The position numbers and the translations under genes are program-made. A DNA stretch of 64,000 nt from Eledone cirrhosa. Lineage: Eukaryota. This document shows, piece by piece, positions 15,001 to 30,000 of this stretch. The stretch spans positions 48,422,001-48,486,000 of the forward strand of contig OZ024741.1 of the NCBI GenBank assembly GCA_964016885.1, read 5' to 3'. A model generated the notes under the pieces. That model was not told the origin of the DNA. It did not search any database and worked only from the letters and a program-made list of their open reading frames with translations. Each line of letters begins with the position of its first letter. Within the stretch, counting starts at the first letter, position 1.

Positions 15001-18000
15001 TCAATCTTCATATAAAACCACACTGTATTGCCCTCTACCACCCTCAATCTTCATGTAAACCCACACTGTATTGCCCCCTACCGTCCTCAATCTTCATATA
15101 AACCCACACTGTATTGTCCTCTACCATCCTCAATCTTCATATAAACCCACGCTGTATTCCCCTCTACCATTCTCAATCTTCATGTAAACCCACACTGTAT
15201 GGCCTCTAACATCCTCAATCTTCATGTAAACCCACACTGTATTGCCCTCTACCATTCTCAATATTCATATAAACCCACACTGTATTGCCCTCTACCATCC
15301 TCAATCTTCATATAAAACCACACTGTATTGCCCTCTACCACCCTCAATCTTCATATAAACCCACACTGGATTGCCCTCTACCATCCTCAATCTTCATGTA
15401 AACGCACACTGTATGCCCTCTACTATTCTCATTCTTCATATAAACCCACACTGTATTGCCCTCTACCATCCTCAATCTTCATATAAACCCACACTGTATT
15501 GCCCTCTACCATCCTCAATCTTCATATAAACCCACACTGTATTGCCCTCTACCATCCTCAATCTTCATATAAACCCACACTTTATTGCCCTCTACCATTC
15601 TCAATCTTCATATAAACCCACAGTGTATTGCCCTCTACCATCCTCAATCTTCATATAAACCAACACTGTATTGCCCTCTACCATTCTCAATCTTCATGTA
15701 AACCGACACTGTATTGCCCTCTACCATTCTCAATCTTCATATAAACCCACAGTGTATTGCCCTCTACCATTCTCAATCTTCATATAAACCCACACTGTAT
15801 TGCCTCTACCATCCTCAATCTTCATATAAACCCACACTGTATTGCCCTCTACCACCCTCAATCTTCATGTAAACCCACACTGGATTGCCTTCTACCATCC
15901 TCAATCTTCATGTAAACGCACACTGTATGCCCTCTACTATTCTCAATCTTCATATAAACCCACACTGTATTGCCCTCTACCATTCTCAATCTTCATATAA
16001 ACCCACACTTTATTGCCCTCTACTATTCTCAATCTTCATATAAACCCACACTGTATTGCCCTCTACCATCCTCAATCTTCATATAAACCCACACTTTATT
16101 GCCCTCTACCGTCCTCAATCTTCATGTAAACCCACACCGTATTGCCCTCTACCATTCTCAATCTTCATGTAAACCCACACTGTATTGCCCTCTACCATCC
16201 TCAATCTTCATATAAACCCACACTGTATTGCCCTCTACCATTCTTAATCTTCATGTAAACCCACACTGTATTGCCCTCTAACATTCTCAATCTTCATATA
16301 AACCCACACTGTATTGCCCTCTACCATTCTCAATATTCATATAAACCCACACTGTATTGCCCTCTACCATCCTCAATCTTCATATAAAACCACACTGTAT
16401 GGCCTCTACCATCCTCAATCTTCATATAAACCCACACTGTATTGCCCTCTTTACATTCTCAATCTTCATATAAACACACACTGTATTGCTCTCTACCATT
16501 CTCAATCTTCATGTAAACCCACACTGTATTGCCCTCTACCATGCTCAATCTTCATATAAACCCACACTGTATTGCCCTCTACCATCCTCAATCTTCATGT
16601 AAACCCACACTGTATTGCCCTCCACCTTTCTCAATCTTCATATAAACCCACACTGTATTGCCCTCTACCATCCTCAATCTTCATGTAAACCCACACTGTA
16701 TGCACTCTACCATTCTCAATCTTCATATAAACCCACACTGTATTGCCCTCTACCATCCTCAATCTTCATATAAACCCACACTGTATTGCCTCTACCATCC
16801 TCAATCTTCATATAAACCCAAACTGTATTGCCCTCTACCATTCTCAATTTTCATGTAAACCCACACTGTATTGCCCTCTACCATCCTCAATTTTCATATA
16901 AACCCACACTGTATTGCTCTCTACCATCCTCAATCTTCATATAAACCCACTCTGTATTGCCCTCTACCATTCTCAATCTTCATATAAACCCACACTGTAT
17001 TGTCCTCTACCATCCTCAATCTTCATATAAACCCACGCTGTATTCCCCTCTACCATTCTCAATCTTCATGTAAACCCACACTGTATGGCCTCTAACATCC
17101 TCCATCTTCATGTAAACCCACACTGTATTGCCCTCTACCATTCTCAATATTCATATAAACCCACACTGTATTGCCCTCTACCATCCTCAATCTTCATATA
17201 AAACCACACTGTATTGCCCTCTACCACCCTCAATCTTCATGTAAACCCACACTGGATTGCCCTCTACCATCCTCAATCTTCATGTAAACGCAAACTGTAT
17301 GCCCTCTACTATTCTCAATCTTCATATAAACCCACACTGTATTGCCCTCTACCATACTCAATCTTCATATAAACCCACACTGTATTGCCCTCTACCATCC
17401 TCAATCTTCATATAAACCCACACTGTATTGCCCTCTACCATCCTCAATCTTCATATAAACCCACACTTTATTGCCCTCTACCATTCTCAATCTTCATATA
17501 AACCCACAGTGTATTGCCCTCTACCATTCTCAATCTTCATATAAACCCACACTGTATTGCCTCTACCATCCTCAATCTTCATATAAACCAACACTGTATT
17601 GCCCTCTACCATTCTCAATCTTCATGTAAACCGACACTGTATTGCCCTCTACCATTCTCAATCTTCATATAAACCCACAGTGTATTGCCCTCTACCATTC
17701 TCAATCTTCATATAAACCCACACTGTATTGCCTCTACCATCCTCAATCTTCATATAAACCCACACTGTATTGCCCTCTACCACCCTCAATCTTCATGTAA
17801 ACCCACACTGGATTGCCTTCTACCATCCTCAATCTTCATGTAAACGCACACTGTATGCCCTCTACTATTCTCAATCTTCATATAAACCCACACTGTATTG
17901 CCCTCTACCATTCTCAATCTTCATATAAACCCACACTTTATTGCCCTCTACTATTCTCAATCTTCATATAAACCCACACTGTATTGCCCTCTACCATCCT

Positions 18001-21000
18001 CAATCTTCATATAAACCCACACTTTATTGCCCTCTACCGTCCTCAATCTTCATGTAAACCCACACCGTATTGCCCTCTACCATTCTCAATCTTCATGTAA
18101 ACCCACACTGTATTGCCCTCTACCATCCTCAATCTTCATATAAACCCACACTGTATTGCCCTCTACCATTCTTAATCTTCATGTAAACCCACACTGTATT
18201 GCCCTCTAACATTCTCAATCTTCATATAAACCCACACTGTATTGCCCTCTACCATTCTCAATATTCATATAAACCCACACTGTATTGCCCTCTACCATCC
18301 TCAATCTTCATATAAAACCACACTGTATGGCCTCTACCATCCTCAATCTTCATATAAACCCACACTGTATTGCCCTCTAACATTCTCAATCTTCATATAA
18401 ACACACACTGTATTGCTCTCTACCATTCTCAATCTTCATGTAAACCCACACTGTATTGCCCTCTACCATGCTCAATCTTCATATAAACCCACACTGTATT
18501 GCCCTCTACCATCCTCAATCTTCATGTAAACCCACACTGTATTGCCCTCCACCTTTCTCAATCTTCATATAAACCCACACTGTATTGCCCTCTACCATCC
18601 TCAATCTTCATGTAAACCCACACTGTATGCACTCTACCATTCTCAATCTTCATATAAACCCACACTGTATTGCCCTCTACCGTCCTTAATCTTCATGTAA
18701 ACCCACACCGTATTGCCCTCTACCATTCTCAATCTTCATGTAAACCCACACTGTATTGCCCTCTACCATCCTCAATCTTCATATCAACCCACACTGTATT
18801 GCCCTCTACCATTCTTAATCTTCATGTAAACCCACACTGTATTGCCCTCTAACATTCTCAATCTTCATATAAACCCACACTGTATTGCCCTCTACCGTCC
18901 TCAATCTTCATATAAACCCACACTGTATTGCCCTCTACCATTCTCAATCTTCATATAAACCCACACTGTATTGCCCTCTAACATTCTCAATCTTCATATA
19001 AACCCACACTGTATTGCCCTCTAACATTCTCAATCTTCATATAAACCCACACTGTATTGCCCTCTACCGTCCTCAATCTTCATATAAACCCACACTGTAT
19101 TGCCCTCTAACATTCTCAATCTTCATATAAACCCACACTGTATTGCCCTCTAACATTCTCAATCTTCATATAAACCCACACTGTATTGCCCTCTACCGTC
19201 CTCAATCTTCATATAAACCCACACTGTATTGCCCTCTAACATTCTCAATCTTCATATAAACCCCCACTGTATTGCCCTCTAACATTCTCAATCTTCATGT
19301 AAACCCACACTGTATTGCCCTCTACCATACTCAATCTTCATATAAACCCACACTGTATTGCTCTCTACCATTCTCAATCTTCATGTAAAACCACACTTTA
19401 TTGCCCTCTACTATTCTCAATCTTCATATAAACCCACACTGTATTGCCCTCTAACATTCTCAATCTTCATATAAACCCACACTGTATTGCTCTCTACCAT
19501 TCTCAATCTTCATGTAAACCCACACTGTATTGCCCTCTACCATGCTCAATCTTCATATAAACCCACACTGTATTGCCCTCTACCATCCTCAATCTTCATG
19601 TAAACCCACACTGTATTGCCCTCCACCTTTCTCAATCTTCATATAAACCCACACTGTATTGCCCTCTACCATCCTCAATCTTCATGTAAACCCACACTGT
19701 ATGCACTCTACCATTCTCAATCTTCATATAAACCCACACTGTATTGCCCTCTACCATCCTCAATCTTCATATAAACCCACACTGTATTGCCTCTACCATC
19801 CTCAATCTTCATATAAACCCAAACTGTATTGCCCTCTACCATTCTCAATTTTCATGTAAACCCACACTGTATTGCCCCCTACCATCCTCAATTTTCATAT
19901 AAACCCACACTGTATTGCTCTCTACCATCCTCAATCTTCATATAAACCCACTCTGTATTGCCCTCTACCATTCTCAATCTTCATATAAACCCACACTGTA
20001 TTGTCCTCTACCATCCTCAATCTTCATATAAACCCACGCTGTATTCCCCTCTACCATTCTCAATCTTCATGTAAACCCACACTGTATGGCCTCTAACATC
20101 CTCAATCTTCATGTAAACCCACACTGTATTGCCCTCTACCATTCTCAATATTCATATAAACCCACACTGTATTGCCCTCTACCATCCTCAATCTTCATAT
20201 AAAACCACACTGTATTGCCCTCTACCATCCTCAATCTTCATGTAAACCCACACTGGATTGCCCTCTACCATCCTCAATCTTCATGTAAACGCACACTGTA
20301 TGCCCTCTACTATTCTCATTCTTCATATAAACCCACACTGTATTGCCCTCTACCATCCTCAATCTTCATATAAACCCACACTGTATTGCCCTCTACCATC
20401 CTCAATCTTCATATAAACCCACACTGTATTGCCCTCTACCATCCTCAATCTTCATATAAACCCACACTTTATTGCCCTCTACCATTCTCAATCTTCATAT
20501 AAACCCACAGTGTATTGCCCTCTACCATCCTCAATCTTCATATAAACCAACACTGTATTGCCCTCTACCATTCTCAATCTTCATGTAAACCGACACTGTA
20601 TTGCCCTCTACCATTCTCAATCTTCATATAAACCCACAGTGTATTGCCCTCTACCATTCTCAATCTTCATATAAACCCACACTGTATTGCCTCTACCATC
20701 CTCAATCTTCATATAAACCCACACTGTATTGCCCTCTACCACCCTCAATCTTCATGTAAACCCACACTGGATTGCCTTCTACCATCCTCAATCTTCATGT
20801 AAACGCACACTGTATGCCCTCTACTATTCTCAATCTTCATATAAACCCACACTGTATTGCCCTCTACCATTCTCAATCTTCATATAAACCCACACTTTAT
20901 TGCCCTCTACTATTCTCAATCTTCATATAAACCCACACTGTATTGCCCTCTACCATCCTCAATCTTCATATAAACCCACACTTTATTGCCCTCTACCGTC

Positions 21001-24000
21001 CTCAATCTTCATGTAAACCCACACCGTATTGCCCTCTACCATTCTCAATCTTCATGTAAACCCACACTGTATTGCCCTCTACCATCCTCAATCTTCATAT
21101 AAACCCACACTGTATTGCCCTCTACCATTCTTAATCTTCATGTAAACCCACACTGTATTGCCCTCTAACATTCTCAATCTTCATATAAACCCACACTTTA
21201 TTGCCCTCTACCATTCTCAATATTCATATAAACCCACACTGTATTGCCCTCTACCATCCTCAATCTTCATATAAAACCACACTGTATGGCCTCTACCATC
21301 CTCAATCTTCATATAAACCCACACTGTATTGCCCTCTTTACATTCTCAATCTTCATATAAACACACACTGTATTGCTCTCTACCATTCTCAATCTTCATG
21401 TAAACCCACACTGTATTGCCCTCTACCATGCTCAATCTTCATATAAACCCACACTGTATTGCCCTCTACCATCCTCAATCTTCATGTAAACCCACACTGT
21501 ATTGCCCTCCACCTTTCTCAATCTTCATATAAACCCACACTGTATTGCCCTCTACCATCCTCAATCTTCATGTAAACCCACACTGTATGCACTCTACCAT
21601 TCTCAATCTTCATATAAACCCACACTGTATTGCCCTCTACCGTCCTTAATCTTCATGTAAACCCACACCGTATTGCCCTCTACCATTCTCAATCTTCATG
21701 TAAACCCACACTGTATTGCCCTCTACCATCCTCAATCTTCATATCAACCCACACTGTATTGCCCTCTACCATTCTTAATCTTCATGTAAACCCACACTGT
21801 ATTGCCCTCTAACATTCTCAATCTTCATATAAACCCACACTGTATTGCCCTCTACCGTCCTCAATCTTCATATAAACCCACACTGTATTGCCCTCTACCA
21901 TTCTCAATCTTCATATAAACCCACACTGTATTGCCCTCTAACATTCTCAATCTTCATATAAACCCACACTGTATTGCCCTCTAACATTCTCAATCTTCAT
22001 ATAAACCCACACTGTATTGCCCTCTACCGTCCTCAATCTTCATATAAACCCACACTGTATTGCCCTCTAACATTCTCAATCTTCATATAAACCCACACTG
22101 TATTGCCCTCTAACATTCTCAATCTTCATGTAAACCCACACTGTATTGCCCTCTACCATACTCAATCTTCATATAAACCCACACTGTATTGCCCTCTACC
22201 ATCCTCAATCTTCATGTAAACCCACACTGTATTGCCCTCCACCTTTCTCAATCTTCATATAAACCCACACTGTATTGCCCTCTACCATCCTCAATCTTCA
22301 TGTAAACCCACACTGTATGCACTCTACCATTCTCAATCTTCATATAAACCCACACTGTATTGCCCTCTACCATCCTCAATCTTCATATAAACCCACACTG
22401 TATTGCCTCTACCATCCTCAATCTTCATATAAACCCAAACTGTATTGCCCTCTACCATTCTCAATTTTCATGTAAACCCACACTGTATTGCCCTCTACCA
22501 TCCTCAATTTTCATATAAACCCACACTGTATTGCTCTCTACCATCCTCAATCTTCATATAAACCCACTCTGTATTGCCCTCTACCATTCTCAATCTTCAT
22601 ATAAACCCACACTGTATTGTCCTCTACCATCCTCAATCTTCATATAAACCCACGCTGTATTCCCCTCTACCATTCTCAATCTTCATGTAAACCCACACTG
22701 TATGGCCTCTAACATCCTCCATCTTCATGTAAACCCACACTGTATTGCCCTCTACCATTCTCAATATTCATATAAACCCACACTGTATTGCCCTCTACCA
22801 TCCTCAATCTTCATATAAAACCACACTGTATTGCCCTCTACCACCCTCAATCTTCATGTAAACCCACACTGGATTGCCCTCTACCATCCTCAATCTTCAT
22901 GTAAACGCAAACTGTATGCCCTCTACTATTCTCAATCTTCATATAAACCCACACTGTATTGCCCTCTACCATACTCAATCTTCATATAAACCCACACTGT
23001 ATTGCCCTCTACCATCCTCAATCTTCATATAAACCCACACTGTATTGCCCTCTACCATCCTCAATCTTCATATAAACCCACACTTTATTGCCCTCTACCA
23101 TTCTCAATCTTCATATAAACCCACAGTGTATTGCCCTCTACCATTCTCAATCTTCATATAAACCCACACTGTATTGCCTCTACCATCCTCAATCTTCATA
23201 TAAACCAACACTGTATTGCCCTCTACCATTCTCAATCTTCATGTAAACCGACACTGTATTGCCCTCTACCATTCTCAATCTTCATATAAACCCACAGTGT
23301 ATTGCCCTCTACCATTCTCAATCTTCATATAAACCCACACTGTATTGCCTCTACCATCCTCAATCTTCATATAAACCCACACTGTATTGCCCTCTACCAC
23401 CCTCAATCTTCATGTAAACCCACACTGGATTGCCTTCTACCATCCTCAATCTTCATGTAAACGCACACTGTATGCCCTCTACTATTCTCAATCTTCATAT
23501 AAACCCACACTGTATTGCCCTCTACCATTCTCAATCTTCATATAAACCCACACTTTATTGCCCTCTACTATTCTCAATCTTCATATAAACCCACACTGTA
23601 TTGCCCTCTACCATCCTCAATCTTCATATAAACCCACACTTTATTGCCCTCTACCGTCCTCAATCTTCATGTAAACCCACACCGTATTGCCCTCTACCAT
23701 TCTCAATCTTCATGTAAACCCACACTGTATTGCCCTCTACCATCCTCAATCTTCATATAAACCCACACTGTATTGCCCTCTACCATTCTTAATCTTCATG
23801 TAAACCCACACTGTATTGCCCTCTAACATTCTCAATCTTCATATAAACCCACACTGTATTGCCCTCTACCATTCTCAATATTCATATAAACCCACACTGT
23901 ATTGCCCTCTACCATCCTCAATCTTCATATAAAACCACACTGTATGGCCTCTACCATCCTCAATCTTCATATAAACCCACACTGTATTGCCCTCTAACAT

Positions 24001-27000
24001 TCTCAATCTTCATATAAACACACACTGTATTGCTCTCTACCATTCTCAATCTTCATGTAAACCCACACTGTATTGCCCTCTACCATGCTCAATCTTCATA
24101 TAAACCCACACTGTATTGCCCTCTACCATCCTCAATCTTCATGTAAACCCACACTGTATTGCCCTCCACCTTTCTCAATCTTCATATAAACCCACACTGT
24201 ATTGCCCTCTACCATCCTCAATCTTCATGTAAACCCACACTGTATGCACTCTACCATTCTCAATCTTCATATAAACCCACACTGTATTGCCCTCTACCGT
24301 CCTTAATCTTCATGTAAACCCACACCGTATTGCCCTCTACCATTCTCAATCTTCATGTAAACCCACACTGTATTGCCCTCTACCATCCTCAATCTTCATA
24401 TCAACCCACACTGTATTGCCCTCTACCATTCTTAATCTTCATGTAAACCCACACTGTATTGCCCTCTAACATTCTCAATCTTCATATAAACCCACACTGT
24501 ATTGCCCTCTACCGTCCTCAATCTTCATATAAACCCACACTGTATTGCCCTCTACCATTCTCAATCTTCATATAAACCCACACTGTATTGCCCTCTAACA
24601 TTCTCAATCTTCATATAAACCCACACTGTATTGCCCTCTAACATTCTCAATCTTCATATAAACCCACACTGTATTGCCCTCTACCGTCCTCAATCTTCAT
24701 ATAAACCCACACTGTATTGCCCTCTAACATTCTCAATCTTCATATAAACCCACACTGTATTGCCCTCTAACATTCTCAATCTTCATATAAACCCACACTG
24801 TATTGCCCTCTACCGTCCTCAATCTTCATATAAACCCACACTGTATTGCCCTCTAACATTCTCAATCTTCATATAAACCCCCACTGTATTGCCCTCTAAC
24901 ATTCTCAATCTTCATGTAAACCCACACTGTATTGCCCTCTACCATACTCAATCTTCATATAAACCCACACTGTATTGCTCTCTACCATTCTCAATCTTCA
25001 TGTAAAACCACACTTTATTGCCCTCTACTATTCTCAATCTTCATATAAACCCACACTGTATTGCCCTCTAACATTCTCAATCTTCATATAAACCCACACT
25101 GTATTGCTCTCTACCATTCTCAATCTTCATGTAAACCCACACTGTATTGCCCTCTACCATGCTCAATCTTCATATAAACCCACACTGTATTGCCCTCTAC
25201 CATCCTCAATCTTCATGTAAACCCACACTGTATTGCCCTCCACCTTTCTCAATCTTCATATAAACCCACACTGTATTGCCCTCTACCATCCTCAATCTTC
25301 ATGTAAACCCACACTGTATGCACTCTACCATTCTCAATCTTCATATAAACCCACACTGTATTGCCCTCTACCATCCTCAATCTTCATATAAACCCACACT
25401 GTATTGCCTCTACCATCCTCAATCTTCATATAAACCCAAACTGTATTGCCCTCTACCATTCTCAATTTTCATGTAAACCCACACTGTATTGCCCCCTACC
25501 ATCCTCAATTTTCATATAAACCCACACTGTATTGCTCTCTACCATCCTCAATCTTCATATAAACCCACTCTGTATTGCCCTCTACCATTCTCAATCTTCA
25601 TATAAACCCACACTGTATTGTCCTCTACCATCCTCAATCTTCATATAAACCCACGCTGTATTCCCCTCTACCATTCTCAATCTTCATGTAAACCCACACT
25701 GTATGGCCTCTAACATCCTCAATCTTCATGTAAACCCACACTGTATTGCCCTCTACCATTCTCAATATTCATATAAACCCACACTGTATTGCCCTCTACC
25801 ATCCTCAATCTTCATATAAAACCACACTGTATTGCCCTCTACCACCCTCAATCTTCATGTAAACCCACACTGGATTGCCCTCTACCATCCTCAATCTTCA
25901 TGTAAACGCACACTGTATGCCCTCTACTATTCTCATTCTTCATATAAACCCACACTGTATTGCCCTCTACCATCCTCAATCTTCATATAAACCCACACTG
26001 TATTGCCCTCTACCATCCTCAATCTTCATATAAACCCACACTGTATTGCCCTCTACCATCCTCAATCTTCATATAAACCCACACTTTATTGCCCTCTACC
26101 ATTCTCAATCTTCATATAAACCCACAGTGTATTGCCCTCTACCATCCTCAATCTTCATATAAACCAACACTGTATTGCCCTCTACCATTCTCAATCTTCA
26201 TGTAAACCGACACTGTATTGCCCTCTACCATTCTCAATCTTCATATAAACCCACAGTGTATTGCCCTCTACCATTCTCAATCTTCATATAAACCCACACT
26301 GTATTGCCTCTACCATCCTCAATCTTCATATAAACCCACACTGTATTGCCCTCTACCACCCTCAATCTTCATGTAAACCCACACTGGATTGCCTTCTACC
26401 ATCCTCAATCTTCATGTAAACGCACACTGTATGCCCTCTACTATTCTCAATCTTCATATAAACCCACACTGTATTGCCCTCTACCATTCTCAATCTTCAT
26501 ATAAACCCACACTTTATTGCCCTCTACTATTCTCAATCTTCATATAAACCCACACTGTATTGCCCTCTACCATCCTCAATCTTCATATAAACCCACACTT
26601 TATTGCCCTCTACCGTCCTCAATCTTCATGTAAACCCACACCGTATTGCCCTCTACCATTCTCAATCTTCATGTAAACCCACACTGTATTGCCCTCTACC
26701 ATCCTCAATCTTCATATAAACCCACACTGTATTGCCCTCTACCATTCTTAATCTTCATGTAAACCCACACTGTATTGCCCTCTAACATTCTCAATCTTCA
26801 TATAAACCCACACTTTATTGCCCTCTACCATTCTCAATATTCATATAAACCCACACTGTATTGCCCTCTACCATCCTCAATCTTCATATAAAACCACACT
26901 GTATGGCCTCTACCATCCTCAATCTTCATATAAACCCACACTGTATTGCCCTCTTTACATTCTCAATCTTCATATAAACACACACTGTATTGCTCTCTAC

Positions 27001-30000
27001 CATTCTCAATCTTCATGTAAACCCACACTGTATTGCCCTCTACCATGCTCAATCTTCATATAAACCCACACTGTATTGCCCTCTACCATCCTCAATCTTC
27101 ATGTAAACCCACACTGTATTGCCCTCCACCTTTCTCAATCTTCATATAAACCCACACTGTATTGCCCTCTACCATCCTCAATCTTCATGTAAACCCACAC
27201 TGTATGCACTCTACCATTCTCAATCTTCATATAAACCCACACTGTATTGCCCTCTACCGTCCTTAATCTTCATGTAAACCCACACCGTATTGCCCTCTAC
27301 CATTCTCAATCTTCATGTAAACCCACACTGTATTGCCCTCTACCATCCTCAATCTTCATATCAACCCACACTGTATTGCCCTCTACCATTCTTAATCTTC
27401 ATGTAAACCCACACTGTATTGCCCTCTAACATTCTCAATCTTCATATAAACCCACACTGTATTGCCCTCTACCGTCCTCAATCTTCATATAAACCCACAC
27501 TGTATTGCCCTCTACCATTCTCAATCTTCATATAAACCCACACTGTATTGCCCTCTAACATTCTCAATCTTCATATAAACCCACACTGTATTGCCCTCTA
27601 ACATTCTCAATCTTCATATAAACCCACACTGTATTGCCCTCTACCGTCCTCAATCTTCATATAAACCCACACTGTATTGCCCTCTAACATTCTCAATCTT
27701 CATATAAACCCACACTGTATTGCCCTCTAACATTCTCAATCTTCATGTAAACCCACACTGTATTGCCCTCTACCATACTCAATCTTCATATAAACCCACA
27801 CTGTATTGCTCTCTACCATTCTCAATCTTCATGTAAACCCACACTTTATTGCCCTCTACTATTCTCAATCTTCATATAAACCCACACTGTATTGCCCTCT
27901 AACATTCTCAATCTTCATATAAACCCACACTGTATTGCTCTCTACCATTCTCAATCTTCATGTAAACCCACACTGTATTGCCCTCTACCATGCTCAATCT
28001 TCATATAAACCCACACTGTATTGCCCTCTACCATCCTCAATCTTCATGTAAACCCACACTGTATTGCCCTCCACCTTTCTCAATCTTCATATAAACCCAC
28101 ACTGTATTGCCCTCTACCATCCTCAATCTTCATGTAAACCCACACTGTATGCACTCTACCATTCTCAATCTTCATATAAACCCACACTGTATTGCCCTCT
28201 ACCATCCTCAATCTTCATATAAACCCACACTGTATTGCCTCTACCATCCTCAATCTTCATATAAACCCAAACTGTATTGCCCTCTACCATTCTCAATTTT
28301 CACGTAAACCCACACTGTATTGCCCTCTACCATCCTCAATTTTCATATAAACCCACACTGTATTGCTCTCTACCATCCTCAATCTTCATATAAACCCACT
28401 CTGTATTGCCCTCTACCATTCTCAATCTTCATATAAACCCACACTGTATTGTCCTCTACCATTCTCAATCTTCATATAAACCCACGCTGTATTCCCCTCT
28501 ACCATTCTCAATCTTCATGTAAACCCACACTGTATGGCCTCTAACATCCTCAATCTTCATGTAAACCCACACTGTATTGCCCTCTACCATTCTCAATATT
28601 CATATAAACCCACACTGTATTGCCCTCTACCATCCTCAATCTTCATATAAAACCACACTGTATTGCCCTCTACCACCCTCAATCTTCATGTAAACCCACA
28701 CTGGATTGCCCTCTACCATCCTCAATCTTCATGTAAACGCACACTGTATGCCCTCTACTATTCTCAATCTTCATATAAACCCACACTGTATTGCCCTCTA
28801 CCATTCTCAATCTTCATATAAACCCACACTTTATTGCCCTCTACTATTCTCAATCTTCATATAAACCCACACTGTATTGCCCTCTACCATCCTCAATCTT
28901 CATATAAACCCACACTTTATTGCCCTCTACCGTCCTCAATCTTCATGTAAACCCACACCGTATTGCCCTCTACCATTCTCAATCTTCATGTAAACCCACA
29001 CTGTATTGCCCTCTACCATCCTCAATCTTCATATAAACCCACACTGTATTGCCCTCTACCATTCTTAATCTTCATGTAAACCCACACTGTATTGCCCTCT
29101 AACATTCTCAATCTTCATATAAACCCACACTGTATTGCCCTCTACCATTCTCAATATTCATATAAACCCACACTGTATTGCCCTCTACCATCCTCAATCT
29201 TCATATAAAACCACACTGTATGGCCTCTACCATCCTCAATCTTCATATAAACCCACACTGTATTGCCCTCTAACATTCTCAATCTTCATATAAACACACA
29301 CTGTATTGCTCTCTACCATTCTCAATCTTCATGTAAACCCACACTGTATTGCCCTCTACCATGCTCAATCTTCATATAAACCCACACTGTATTGCCCTCT
29401 ACCATCCTCAATCTTCATGTAAACCCACACTGTATTGCCCTCCACCTTTCTCAATCTTCATATAAACCCACACTGTATTGCCCTCTACCATCCTCAATCT
29501 TCATGTAAACCCACACTGTATGCACTCTACCATTCTCAATCTTCATATAAACCCACACTGTATTGCCCTCTACCGTCCTCAATCTTCATGTAAACCCACA
29601 CCGTATTGCCCTCTACCATTCTCAATCTTCATGTAAACCCACACTGTATTGCCCTCTACCATCCTCAATCTTCATATAAACCCACACTGTATTGCCCTCT
29701 ACCATTCTTAATCTTCATGTAAACCCACACTGTATTGCCCTCTAACATTCTCAATCTTCATATAAACCCACACTGTATTGCCCTCTACCGTCCTCAATCT
29801 TCATATAAACCCACACTGTATTGCCCTCTACCATTCTCAATCTTCATATAAACCCACACTGTATTGCCCTCTAACATTCTCAATCTTCATATAAACCCAC
29901 ACTGTATTGCCCTCTAACATTCTCAATCTTCATATAAACCCACACTGTATTGCCCTCTACCGTCCTCAATCTTCATATAAACCCACACTGTATTGCCCTC